Below are positions 25,951 through 38,637 of a DNA stretch of 64,000 nt, in pieces. The notes beneath the pieces were generated by a model, which searched no databases, was not told the DNA's origin, and saw only the letters and a list, made by a program, of their open reading frames with translations. Position 1 is the first letter of the stretch; each line of letters opens with the position of its first letter. The stretch is from Octopus sinensis (taxonomy: Eukaryota). Position numbers and translations under genes: made by a program. Where the stretch lies: NCBI RefSeq assembly GCF_006345805.1, contig NC_042998.1:142600001-142664000 (forward strand). The letters run 5' to 3'.

Positions 25951-26186
25951 TATATATATATATCTTTTTTTTTGTTTTGTATTTTTGTGCTCTATGTAAA
26001 TATATGTATCAAGTTTAATTGTGTTCATTTACCATACTACCCCCATAACAACTCAATTTGGTTTTCTCTTATATCCACTCTTGATGCCGTGGGTCTTTCC
26101 CTGTTGAAGAGTCGGAATTTAAATTCAAATTCGTTTGAACACTACTCATGTTTTCTATACTGAGCTTATTAAGGTCTCACAACTGA

Positions 26187-26265
<79 letters not shown>

Positions 26266-27100
26266 GAATATGTTTGTGATGTATTTCATCTGCTAAAGGG
26301 CAATATACTGCAGTTTCTGTGGAGAAAATATCTCTCATATAATAAAAGGTTTGAAAACTCCCAGTTTGCTCAGTGTCGCCATCTATCAAGAATCCCAGAC
26401 ATCGATGTTTTGAGTTCATTGACTCTTGTCAATGGGATATACCTAAAAGAGGCAACTCTCTCTATATATAATGAGTCAGGGAAGGGAAACGGAAAATGGA
26501 TTTAGCAAGAATCTTCACTGCAAACTATAGCCAGATCCATCTACAGGTTACAACACCGAAATCATTTCCATCTACTGTCATTGTAGCCAACATAATACAG
26601 GCGAACACAACATGCCTGCATTGATGGATGCAACACAGTTAGATGTACAGTATCCTACCCGTAAGGGAGAGATGCAGGATGGGTCGAAACGATCGTTGTA
26701 TTGAGTAAATATTCTTCCTAAATGCATTTCCGTTTCCCTCACTCATTGTAAACGCAACAAACACTACGGAATTCCTGACGTAGATCCAGTGACACTAGTA
26801 TCGTAAGTGTGGATGACATCAGGTAGCCTAAACGGTGAAAGTGCTCTAATCGGTATGGTACAAAACATATATCCTGGGTCCAAATAATTACTTATATATA
26901 AAAGCCATTTAATAAATGACAAGAATCCACAAAGATTTCTTTTAGATAATAGACAACTACACCCCCTCTCTTTCTCTCTAACACCTTGAACTCTATACCA
27001 AGCTTTATTCAAAGAAGACTAACGAAAAAGTCCAGACATGTTATTGACCTCCAGATAGAAGATAAATGGTTTTACTTCAAATTTTTATAAATTTTTACTG

Positions 27101-27141
27101 ATATTTGATAAGATGAGATTCGTCATCGAAACGGGTAATAT
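27101..27141 (+). ncRNA. Hammerhead-like motif with U3:A8 core
   Basis: ATAT-TTGATAA-GATGA/GATTCG/TCATC-GAAAC-GG-GTA-ATAT: 5-bp stem II, 4-bp stem I; followed by an AT-rich tail and (TA)n. Confidence 0.65.
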
Positions 27142-27232
27142 TTTCTTTATATAGTTTTAAAATAATTTTATTGAATTCCTTCTTAAATTGAAATGTCTTA
27201 GATTTACTTCTTTGGCTATTCCCATCTCTATG

Positions 27233-27292
<60 letters not shown>

Positions 27293-27299
27293 GGGAAGC

Positions 27300-27465
27300 T
27301 TTATGAAAATAGACAAAAGACGAAGGCAGGTTTACGGAAATAAACAAAAGACGAAGGCAGGTGGAATACAAACAAACAATTGTATTAGTATGGCGCTCAG
27401 GAAATATAAATGAAACAAGTCTTTAACGTTTCGAGCCTACGCTCTTCAACAGAAAGATACACAGA
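27300..27465 (-). mobile_element. PLE tail remnant (same family as 14690 and 25815)
   Basis: Minus strand reads TCTTTCTGTTGAAGAGCGTAGGCTCGAAACGTTAAAGA...CCTGAGCGCCATACTAATAC; abuts (TA)n. Confidence 0.55.
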
Positions 27466-27603
27466 GAAAAAGAAAACACAGAAAGAAGGAGAGATAAAAA
27501 TATGCGTGCAAAAGCTAGCGAATCAACATGGCGATCTGTTTTCGGCCAGAAGTCAAAGATCAAACATGAGAAGCAAGAGCGAAATTAGGGGAGATAATAG
27601 GGT

Positions 27604-27634
<31 letters not shown>

Positions 27635-27662
27635 ATTTCAGGTTGGTAATTTTTTTTTTACC

Positions 27663-27842
27663 AAATAAACACACGCATTACATATTCGTTCTTCACTCGT
27701 TTGTTACTCTTCTTATTCTAACTCATACCCATTGTCCGGAAATCTTTCGTCACACACCTGTGACCTCCTCACAGGAGGTCATAGATGTGTGATGAAAGAA
27801 TAAACGAGTGAAGATCGAATATATAGTGCGGGTGTTTATTTG
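27663..27842. repeat. Imperfect hairpin centred at 27771
   Basis: GACCTCCT-CAC-AGGAGGTC centre; arms continue with about 35-40 bp present only in the left arm. Confidence 0.75.
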
Positions 27843-27961
27843 ACAAAAAAAAATGACCGTCTCGGAATACAACAATATCTGTTTCAACAAACGACTTCAC
27901 GTCAGGAAACTTGCAACACAAATTCATAAACGAATATATATATATATAATATATATATATA

Positions 27962-28012
<51 letters not shown>

Positions 28013-28017
<5 letters not shown>

Positions 28018-28139
28018 AAATGAGAAAATGGAGGAATAGATTTCTTTCAATTATCAACTTCCTGATAATACCAATTCATATAATTTATTGGAAGTTGATA
28101 ATTGAAAGAAATCTATTCCTCCATTTTCTTATTTTGTAT
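28013..28139. repeat. Inverted repeat, 50-bp arms, directly after (TA)n
   Basis: 28013-28062 is the reverse complement of 28090-28139 with one mismatch. Confidence 0.9.
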
Positions 28140-28296
28140 TATGAATTTGAGGTAAAACATTTTACCTTCGCCCATATAATACAATAAATGAAGTAATTGC
28201 ATTGAAATTCTAAGCATTTATGTATTAGCCTTCTGAGTACTTTACTGGCAGTATATCGGATATCCCATAGTGGGTTACACTCAAAACGCCTATCTC

Positions 28297-28357
<61 letters not shown>

Positions 28358-28381
28358 TATATGCATATATATATAATATAT

Positions 28382-28414
<33 letters not shown>

Positions 28415-28449
28415 GCGTATAGATGTATGTACATATATGTATGTATATA

Positions 28450-28484
<35 letters not shown>

Positions 28485-28566
28485 ATTATTATTATTATTA
28501 TTATATGATTGAACGCCACGCATCCTCTTCCAAATAAGTTTTCTCTCTCTTTCTCTCTCTCTCTCT

Positions 28567-29656
28567 GTGCATACATGGGTACATGACATCACCAACTGTG
28601 TAAACAACATGAAGTACGAAAACAAACGAGAGAAAAAATGGAAAACAAGACAAGTAAAAGAGAACGACCCTTCATCAATTGTCGGCTGTCTATCTACTCC
28701 TCATTTCGAGCATTCAACGACAATATGAGTCTTCGAACACAGTTGCTCCCATAAATTCCAAAATAGAATTTGGGATTTATGGAGAGTCAATGCTGGGAAC
28801 AAAAGCAGGAAGTGGAGAAATGCAAGAAAGCCGAACGAAAACAAACATGGAGGATAGTTAGACCAGAACTAGAGGAAAATAGTGAACGCTGGAAGAAAAA
28901 CAGATAGAAGAGAGAGATAGAAGACGTCCAGTCCTTAGAACGTCGTGCAGGAAAAGAAAGATGACCACGTGAGGAAAAGAAAGATGGACGATGGTCACGT
29001 ATGAGCAACGAGAGAGAAACGCCATGCATCAATTTCCAAGTAAGTTTATCTTAATCTTCTTGATGCGATTCTATACTGTTTTCTCCTCCATCCTTCTCTA
29101 ATTCCCTTCTTCACCCCTTCACCGTTTTCTATCTGTCTCTCTCAGCTCTTACTCTTTTTCTCTCTCTCTCGTTGCTCACATGTGACCATCGTCCATCTTT
29201 CTTTTCTTCAGGTGACCATCTTTCTTATCCTGCACGACGTTCTAAGGAATGGACATATTCTATCTCTCTCTTCTATCTTTTCACTTTTCAAAGAAAATAT
29301 TTCTTCCAGCGTTCACTATTTTCCTCTCTTTTTGTTCTAAAGACCCTCCATGTTTGTTTTCGGTCGGTTTCATTGTATGTCTCCCCTGTCCTGTTTTTTG
29401 TTTCCAACTTTGACCCTCCATAAATCCAAAATTTCATTTTTGATTTTATGGTAGAGACTGTCTTTGAAGACTCATATTGTCGTTGAATACTCAAAGTGAG
29501 GAGTAGATAGACAGCCGTCAACTGATGAAGGGTCGTTCTCTGTTACTTGTCCTGTTTTCCATTTTTTTCCTCTCGTTGTTTGCGTATTTAACTCGTTTGT
29601 TTCTGTACTTCATGTTGTTTACATAGTTAGTGATGTCCTGTACCCATATATGCATA
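28567..29656. repeat. Diverged inverted duplication, about 450-490-bp arms
   Basis: 28567-29017 versus 29163-29656; the antiparallel ORFs 28679/29521 and 28787/29172 are homologous. Confidence 0.85.
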
Positions 29657-29678
29657 CACACACACACACACACACACA

Positions 29679-29761
<83 letters not shown>

Positions 29762-29765
<4 letters not shown>

Positions 29766-30210
29766 AGAAGCATTGGTTATTGAACAAACATTAAACTTGG
29801 ATCAACGTCATCCCTCAAACATTTAATCATATTTAAAAACCACTGGTCCGTTGATGGGCTTTTCTTTTAAATTATATAAGCTTTTCATGAAAAGTATAAT
29901 CTTTTCATAAAAAAGTTTTGATCTGTGCGTGTGTCCTGTTTATCCTGATGAGGGGGTGTCGGGGGGCATCGCCGTGATGCACTTTAATGTAAATGAACTG
30001 CGATAGTGAACTCCCGAAATGGCCATAGATAGATATATGGGAATGTTGAATTTGACCTCTGGAGTCAGTTTATTATGAACTTTTGGATGTACTTGTGTGA
30101 GAGGAGCAAAAGACTTTTTTCAAGATGTATGTGAATTTGACCTGTGGAAGTCTGTTTACTTATGAACTTTGGACGTACTTGTGTGAGGGAAGTATAAAAC
30201 TTTTTTCAAA
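29762..30210 (+). mobile_element. PLE 3' remnant (ORF end plus tail); partial inverted copy at about 30448-30555
   Basis: KEALVIEQTLNLD resembles the PLE endonuclease C-terminal KEA..I....LN.D motif; followed by a hammerhead and an ~85-bp tandem duplication (30047-30210). Confidence 0.55.
29941..30031 (+). ncRNA. Type I hammerhead ribozyme with long branched stem II
   Basis: TATC-CTGATGA-GGGGGT...(~52 nt incl. GCATC/GCCGT/GATGC hairpin)...ACTCCC-GAAA-T-GGCC-ATA-GATA; palindromic stem III ATGGCCAT; AUA triplet. Confidence 0.75.
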
Positions 30211-30683
30211 TATTTAAAAAGAATTTTTTAAAAAATCTTTGCTAATATTTTAATCGTCTGATAAAACTTTTATTTTATTTCTGTCTTTATTTTATATTTG
30301 TCTATTAGGTTTGTTTTCTTGTAGTTTATGAATTTTTAGTCGTGTATATTCAACTTCTTGATAGGCCGTCCTATTTGTATTTTATTCGATTATATTTTTA
30401 CCTTCTGTGATTTTATGTATGTGTATTATTTTTTATGTGCTTGAAAACCATGGTGATTTTTATATATGATTAAATGTTTGAGAGGTGGTGTTGTATGTAA
30501 AGTCGTTGACCCAAATTTAATGATTGTTCTATAACCAATACTTCTTTATCTTCGTCTCATTTATATTTGAGCACTTCTTTTGCAGTCCTATAAACCCTTT
30601 TGTTTCTGTAAAAGGAGACAAATATAAAACAAAGTAAAAGTACCGCACGAGTGAAAATAAATAGGAAAGAGGCTTTGAAAATG

Positions 30684-31114
30684 CAGAGGTCTTTTACAGA
30701 TGTTTAATGACTTGACCGGTTTCACTTTTTAAAAAAGGATTTTCAAAAGTAACATGTAAGGCTTTATGTAGCTTTTGTTATGTTAAAAAATGGTTATCAT
30801 AGTTGTATTAAAATACAGTTATACAGTGTTTGACAATGTTAAGAAAATGTTTAGAGGGGCTTTAAACTGTAGAGGTCTTTTTTTTTTTTGTAAAAAAAAA
30901 CCTGCTTAACATTTTCTTATCATTGTCAAAAATTCTATTTCTTAACATTTTCTTATCATTATCAAAGACTGTATAACTATATTTTAATACATCTATGATA
31001 ACCATTTTTTAACAAAAATAAAGACTACACAAAGCCTTACATTTTACTTTTGAAAATCTTTTTTTTAAAAAGGTGAAACCGATCAAGTCAATAAACATCA
31101 TTAAAAGACCTCTG
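30684..31114. repeat. Inverted repeat, about 170-bp arms, each with a U3:A8 hammerhead-like motif
   Basis: 30684-30854 versus about 30941-31114; minus 30710-30750 ACTT-TTGAAAA-...-GAAAC-CG-GTC-AAGT; plus 31046-31088 has ATC at the triplet. Confidence 0.8.
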
Positions 31115-31119
31115 TGTGT

Positions 31120-31455
31120 ATGCGCAGTCGTGGTTATTTGTTAGGAAGCTTGCTTCCTATCTGCATGGTTCCGGGTTCAATCTCACTGCGCGGCATCTTG
31201 GACAAGTGTCTTCTACTAATAGCCCGAAACCGAAAGAAGCCCGGCGTATGTATATGTGTGAGTGTGGGGGGGGGTTGTCCCCAAGTGCCACTTGGCAACT
31301 AGAGTTTATGTGTTTATCTCCCTATAACTTTACGATGGAGTAAGTACCAGGCTTAAAAAAAAAAAAACTAATGGGGTTGATTCAATCGACTAAAAATCCT
31401 TAAGGCGGTGCCCCAGCATGGCCGCTGGCTAATGACTGAAATAAGTAAAAATAAA
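31120..31455 (+). mobile_element. tRNA-derived SINE (first family)
   Basis: GGTTCCGGGTTCAATCTCACTGCGCGGC...GACAAGTGTCTTCTACTA; tail GGTGCCCCAGCATGGCC...GACTGAAATAAGTAAAA. Confidence 0.75.
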
Positions 31456-31904
31456 GATATAGTTTCTGTCTACCAGATTCACTCACAAAGTATTAGTCAC
31501 CCCGGGTCTATACGAGAAGATACGTACCCAAGATCCTGTACAGTGGAACCGGACCAGAAACCACTCGGTTGCGAAGCTAGTGTTTTAACCACTAGGAGAG
31601 TTTCAATTCATCTCTTGTTTCTACATCCTTTGGACTTATACGATTAATTCGATACATTGTACCATTTTTAGGATGAGAGTATTTTCTTTCGTCTTTCGAT
31701 GAAGATATTTTTCTAAAATTCACAAAATAATAGAAATCAAAATGTATATACAACAAAACAGTAAACGATAGAATTAGATATACATATATTTTTATATCTA
31801 TCAAAATGATTCTTTACTAAGGACAAATAAGAATATTCGAGTTAAAAGCTGGTGATGTAGACGAATTTGACAACTTCTAATATAAATAGCTAGGTATGCA
31901 TTAG

Positions 31905-32600
31905 GCGCGGACGTAGTAGAAAACAAATCAACAGTGCGACCAACTACACGCATGGCAGCCAAACAACAACTGTGTTATTTGTCTATATGTTTCTTGTGTA
32001 AATTGCTGGAGTTTCTTAACAAAACCTAACCAATTTTCTGAAAACCCAAGAAAAGACATTTGGTTACATTTTACCAAAGAAATTCTGTTTCAGAGACACT
32101 TCTAGCATATAATATTACCATAGAAATGTCGTGTTGTCTACTCCGAACAATCAGCGTAGGCTATGATCAACACTAAATTTTAAGCCTTTCATTTCTCCAT
32201 TCACGATTTTTTCTGTCAATATTTTAAAGAATAGTAATATCTGGTATATTTTTATGTAAATTCAATCTTCTAGATGGCAATGCAAGTCAGATACGAGGGG
32301 TCTGATTGCCCCAACAAACACAATTTTTAGGTACCGATCCGCCATTTTCTCTTGTAACAGTTTTGAGTCGATAAAAATATCGTCTTAATATTTTGCTAAA
32401 ACATCATTTTCGGCCTTAAATTATAAAACAGTTATATTTTTGATGATGCGATGTCTTATGTAAATGATTGAATAAAGTTATTGTATATTTCTACTGTTTG
32501 AATATGCACAGCTAACAACATAGGACAGACGTTACTAGTTATGTCAAATATGTCAATATTTTTCTCAGTTATTTAATAAATTGTTTCAAAAGATATTTTT
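31905..32600 (-). pseudogene. Orphan duplicate of the H1 promoter/upstream region, no CDS
   Basis: Colinear homology to 38559-39290, starting at GCGCGGACGTAGTAG; H1-box altered (TGTGTTATTT); TATA and coding region absent. Confidence 0.75.
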
Positions 32601-33795
32601 ATTTCACTACTGAATATCAAAATACTTTCTTTTCACTTCATAACAGATTTGCTAAAAAGTTTTGCGAAAGCAAAGTGTTTGAAGTATATAACGATTCATT
32701 TTATATAACTCCATAGTTTTTGGGGTTTTTTTTCGAATGATAGTATAACTACAGTTTAGTGCCACACTATGATTTTGTTACCTCATAACATTAATAGCAG
32801 CTTCTGATTCAGGCACAAGGCCAGAAATTTTTGAACGGTGGTGTTTAGTCGACTGCATCCATCTCATTACTCGATGAGTTCTTTATTTGATCCTGGAGTA
32901 AGGAAAGGTGAGATTTCAACTTGGAACGTAAAGAACAAGAAGAAATATTACAAGACAGAATATTCTCTCTGAAGCTCAAACAATTCTACTAGCTCACCAC
33001 TTTAATAATGAGATTTTACAGCGATACGATTCCGAAGGTGATAATAATAATTATTTTTACTCAGAGAAACGCTGTCCACATCTATTTTAACCATTCTATA
33101 ACTTGTTTGTGATCATTACACTGCATCATTACTATAATCACTATAGCGTCCATTTCTCCATGCTAGCATGAAATGAATCAGACGAAGTTTATTCAGGCAA
33201 ATTTTCTACGGCCGAATACCCTTACTATTGCCAACCCTGACCTGTTTCTAAGCAAAGTAATATTTCCCCTTAACCAGGGAAATATTGGAAATGAACGTCA
33301 CTGCTTGTATGACAGAGGCATTCATTTACAACTATCACGATGTCAGGACAAGGACACGCGCGCGCGCATGCACACACATATACAACGAGATTGTTTACAT
33401 TTCTTGTTAACCATATCAGCTCTTGGTCAGCCTTGGGCTATAGTAGATGCTTACCCAAGGTGCTGTGCAGTGGATTGAACTTGAAACTTGAGTATCGGAA
33501 GCCCCAATAAACAAATCCAAATTAACAAATTACGGAACATTTTCGATTTCTTACTCTGGTATCTTATTTTATGATGCCTTCCAAATTTATATTGATAATG
33601 AACAATATTTTCTTTTCATATATATAGTCACAAACGAATTATTGAATGTTCTAGGTTATGAATTTTTTTTTGTTTTTCAGTGAAAAAATAAAATAACTTA
33701 AAAAAACTTTTATCAACAGGATCATCATTTATACCTTTGAAAATGCATTGCTGTGAAATTTTGTATCCTACTTTCTTTCTTTGTGCGTGAGTATA

Positions 33796-33977
33796 TTTCT
33801 TTTATTTGTTTCAGTCGTATGGATGCGGCGATTCTGGAGCACCGCCTTTAGTCAAGCAAATCGACCCCAGGACTTATTCCTTGTAAGTCTATCGGTCTCT
33901 TTTGCCGAACCACTATGTTACGAGCACGTAAACACACCAGCATCGGTTGTCAAGCAATGTTGGGGGGGGGGGGACAA

Positions 33978-34012
<35 letters not shown>

Positions 34013-34172
34013 CGACGGGCTTCTTTCAGTTTCCGTCTACCAAACCCACTCACAAGGCTTTAGTCAGCTTGAGGCTATAGAAGACACTTGCCCAAGGTAC
34101 CACGCAGGGCGACTGAACCCAGAACCATGTGGTTGGTAAGCAAACCACTTACCATACAACCACTCCTGCGCC
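33796..34172 (-). mobile_element. Full-length tRNA-derived SINE (first family)
   Basis: Reverse-complement homolog of 2451-2830; partial copies also at about 33420-33490, 34430-34530, 48860-48975, 49425-49580 and 58215-58300. Confidence 0.85.
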
Positions 34173-35177
34173 TCTATATGATAAAAGATATATATATATA
34201 TATATATATGATAGATGTATATGGTTATATACATACATACATAGATATAGGTAGACAGATAGATGCACAGACATCTTTTATGTTTGTCATTTGACTGGCC
34301 ATGTGAGAAATTTTGTCAGATGAATGGACCCAAGTAATGTTCTTTATAAGACGGTCACCTTTTGTCAAACGTTACGGGGGCGCAAACACTCCAACACCAC
34401 CGGTTGCCAAACACAAAAGCACACACATATATGCAACAGGGCTTCTTTCAGTTTCAGTCTACCAGATCCATTCATAACGTTTTGGTCAGCCCGTGGCTAT
34501 AGAAGACACTTGCTCAAGGTGCCACACAGCCACGTCTGCACCTATATATGTAATTTATTGAAGCTGGTGTCAAGTGACCTGCTCCTCTAGACAATGAAAA
34601 TAGCTGGAAAGAGGAATTATGTGGTGGCTAATTCAAACTGAGGATACTGAATGGTTATGGAAACCTAAAATGAAAAACTGAATTGCTGATTATAGCAGCT
34701 CAGGAACATTGATAACCGACTGGTAACTCCCAATCATAGGGCAAATGCTGAATGTATGAAAACGGGATGCAAATATTAACCACCTCTTTAGTGAGTATAG
34801 TAAGCTAGCACAAAAACGAATATATGCATTAAGACTTAACTGTTGGTAAAAGAGTGCACTGGAATGTTAACGAAGTTTGTGGATTTGAAATGAAGGAAAA
34901 GGTATATGAACATGTGCCAGAGGAATTAAGAGATGGAGCATGAAAATTGTTACTGTAGTAATTGGTGTATTTGGTACAAGACGCTAACTGCTACCTAAGA
35001 AGCTGAAAGATATTGGAAGTTGAGATACATATTATTGATTTGTGCCAAAATTGCCATCCTGTTTTCTGCCAAAAATCCCAAGATTCTTGAAATTTGAGGA
35101 AACCTGCTATCACCTAACTGCAGGATAACACCCGTTAATTAAATCAAATTATACGGTTTTCCCGATAGTACACACGC

Positions 35178-35269
<92 letters not shown>

Positions 35270-36539
35270 CATATATTGTGTATATATATATTACATATAT
35301 AGATATATATACATTATATCGCTTGTGATCTAAACGAATAGGTACGCTAAGTGGAATAGTCGCCCATTAGGCTCCGTAGATCACAGCTAAGGCTAGATCT
35401 TAGGGATACGTGTTAGGGTTCTGTTATAGCATGTATATATAGAGGGAAAATCCAAACCAAGGCAAAACGAATATCAAGTTTATTTTTGTTTTATTCTCAT
35501 CTTACCCATTTTACCACTATCCTATTCTAATCTCCTCTCATACTCACAAAATCCAATGTCCATCATACTTTCTCGCTCTGTATACATAACCTTTACGATA
35601 TGAATACATCATTCAGAAGATGCCAAAGTGGCTGGGATTTTAACTAATTAAACTATACTAAATGACTTGAGATACTCGTTCTACTTTGGTTTTGACTTTT
35701 ACTCGTGCGTGTGATGTATAAGTTGTGGATGGATGGACAGACTGATTGCTTGACACTCGACAGGCCGAAGATACCTTAGTCATTTGACTGAAGAAACCGT
35801 GCCAATATCACAAGTATGAACAGTAGCACCCAAGAAATGACTCGGACCGTAACGATCCTGCAAACCCATGCCGACATAAAGCAAGAGTCAGATGATACAC
35901 GATGTGTATCTACATTAAAAAAATGGTGTTGCCGCTAGCATCTCCGAATCTCAGCCCCATCATTAAAGACGTTAGTGTATACACATGTGTGCGCCAACTT
36001 CATGTCTACCTTCGTATGCATAAACTGTGGGTACTGGGGTATCACTACCTTCTGCATATCTTCTTAGCACTGGGATGTTTCATTTGAGGACGTACTCCAG
36101 TATTTGTCAGTGTTGCGTCCTTCGAATGCCTTACCTCTGACTCACTCGACTCAAGGATCGCAATATTTCCATCCATTTTCTCATGTGTCGCATGAAAATT
36201 AAATCTCTTTGTACGAGTTTACATTATAAATAAGAAATGAAATACCTGTACAGGGCATAGAGAATTATCTCCCTTTCATTTTTATTGCTTAACTCACTAC
36301 GGCATATAGACATGTAATGCTACGATGACTGCGTATATCGTTAACGGTAGTAAACTAGATACATTTCATAGTCTAAAACATTATCTGGAATATAACCAAA
36401 TACACTGGGTAGCTCGCAAATATTCAAAGCTAAGTGTCAAACTGAGGCTTTGAACTTCGATAAGGAAATGTATATATACATTTATATACACTCTGGAGGA
36501 ATGTTTTTTTATGACTAAACTTGCACACTGGCCATTACA

Positions 36540-36930
36540 CGTTCAAGACAGCCAACACCTGCAGGGAAAATATAAACAGAAAATTCCAAAGGAACGATGT
36601 TCTAGAAAAGGATGAGACGTGATAAGAGGTTTGAAGAACTTCGATACAAGAGTGAAAAGAGTAGACAAGTGGTTCGGGAACGGAGGTGCAGCGGCGGCTA
36701 CTATAGCTGAGGCAGATGAAGCAGGGAGGAGGCAGCAAGCCTATGGGGCAGAGGCTGACGTTTCAACGAGTGTCCCCTTTTTACATGTTCTATTTGAGAG
36801 AAATGCTCGATCTGAGCCTTTTCGGTATCAGTAATTGCTGAGGACAAAGAAAACGCTTGCCACTGGGATGTGGCGCCAGTGCAATGTGAAGATGTGTTTT
36901 CGTCGATAATAGCGAGATCAAACAATCGGA
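36540..36930 (-). mobile_element. Highly degenerate CR1/Jockey-like LINE 3' remnant
   Basis: QPLPHRLAASSL and SFSRTSFLWNFL resemble the QPLSHRRNVASL and SFFPRTS.LWNSL motifs of ORF2 C-termini. Confidence 0.4.
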
Positions 36931-37824
36931 ATGAGAGCTAACTCCGTCCTATTTTCTTGGGGAAAGATACTTGTTCGCAGAATGAAGGAGGTGCATGGAT
37001 GTATGATCAGCAAAGCTAGTGAACCACGAGTATACATACTAATTACCTCACCACCACACGCTTTTTACCGCTAGCCAAGTCGCTTGCCCAAGTAGCGCGC
37101 AACGTCCGTTACAGGCCAACTCGGATCCTTGACATGCCATATTGGAGCAGCTGGTGAGTCGGCACGAACGGAGATTTGGGAATTACTTCGGTTCCGCTGT
37201 ATTATATTCTAGTCCTGACTTTTCGAACAAATAGCATACAAGGCTAGATCCACAAATGCAAAAAAAAACTGGACTTTAGAAATCAAAAACGTGTAATTTT
37301 CCCAGTGCAGACAACTCATGCAGTTGGCTCCCTTACACCATTAGGGTTGGCGGTTCCGCAAACGACAATATGTAAAAATAGATATATAGCTGTTAAACTA
37401 AAACATCGATAAAATGCCCTGGAAATAAAAATTGGTCTGCAAAAATAAAATAAATTGGAAATTCTGAAAACTAAAACCACAATGCAATAACATAAGCTTT
37501 GAATGGCATGCAAAAGTTAAAAAAAAGACAGAAAAAGTTATTAATTTAAATGAATTTTTTATATCTTTTAAAATGAATATTCGAGTGATTTGAAAAGTTC
37601 AGAGGCTGAACTAAGAATTATTCAAACATTTGATTAATGACAAATGAATATATACAGATGAAAATGTTTAAAAGTTCATGATGGGGTAGAAAAGCCAGAG
37701 GCGACAGTGAAATGGTGCATGATGAATGTGTTAAAGTATTAAATGACAAGAATCATTTTATACAATTGGATATTTACAAGTCTTGTAATAAATAGTTTTT
37801 TTTTATATTCTTTGTAAAGTTCAT

Positions 37825-38400
37825 TTACTTCTTCTTGGCTGCGGCCTTCTTTACAGGCTTCTTCTTGGCAGGTTTGGCGGTTTTCTTAACAGCGGGTTTC
37901 TTGACACTAGGCTTCTTAACTTTCTTTGGACTTTTAGCTTTCGTGGCCGATTTCTTAGCTGCCTTCTTAGCTGGTTTCTTAGCGGCTTTCTTCGCGCCAC
38001 TTTTCTTAGCGGCTGTCTTAGGTTTCTTCGCTTTTGGTTTAGCGGCCGCCGGCTTCTTCTTTTTCTTCTTAGCTTCTTCTTTTTTACCAGGAGCAACTTT
38101 AAAAGAACCAGAAGCTCCAATTCCTTTCAGCTGTCTCAGAACATTGTTGGTGACACCTCTCTTAATCGCCAATTTAATTTGTTTCAGGATAACATTATCT
38201 TGGATAGATACACTGTAGTTGGCTCCAATGTATTTGACGATCGCTTGACGAGAGATACCCTTTCTTTCTCCGCTCTTCACAATGGCTTCCTTAATCATAT
38301 CAATGTAGGGAGGATGGCTCGAAGCTTTCTTCACCTTCTTTGCTTTCTTAGCTTTGGGAGCAGCGGGAGCGGGTGCGGCGGGTGCAGCGGCGTCAGACAT
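37825..38400 (-). CDS. H1: Histone H1 (linker histone), 191 aa, intronless
   Basis: Ala/Pro/Lys N-tail; globular domain HPPYIDMIKEAI...SRQAIVKYI...KGIGASGSFKV; Lys/Ala C-tail; intact ORF. Confidence 0.97.
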   Translation of the reverse strand: MSDAAAPAAPAPAAPKAKKAKKVKKASSHPPYIDMIKEAIVKSGERKGISRQAIVKYIGANYSVSIQDNVILKQIKLAIKRGVTNNVLRQLKGIGASGSFKVAPGKKEEAKKKKKKPAAAKPKAKKPKTAAKKSGAKKAAKKPAKKAAKKSATKAKSPKKVKKPSVKKPAVKKTAKPAKKKPVKKAAAKKK

Positions 38401-38544
38401 GATTGATCAGTTAATTGATGTAAAAAAATGAAAATGCTTCGGTGAGGACCAGAATTCGGGTTACGAAGACGGATAGCAAGTTTGCAATGCAAGAACAGAC
38501 GTCAAGTGATCAACGCAAGTTTGGCAATTCTCGCGTTAAACGCG

Positions 38545-38637
38545 TATTTATACAAAGTGCGCGGACGTAGTAGTAATCACATCAACAGTGCGACCACCAA
38601 CTACAAATATGGCAGCCGAAATATCACAACTGTGTTT
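38545..38637 (-). promoter_or_regulatory. H1 promoter: TATA box, GTCCGC element and H1-box
   Basis: Minus strand: TATAAATA 38545-38552; GTCCGC 38561-38566 (resembles the H4-box core); AAACACA 38631-38637. Confidence 0.75.

Noticed and set aside
26660-26700. GAAAC-GATC-GT with an upstream stem
   Set aside because: No CUGANGA-like half is present, so it is not called a ribozyme.
37835-38218. Hydrophobic 127-aa ORF
   Set aside because: It is the antisense shadow of the Lys-rich H1 CDS.
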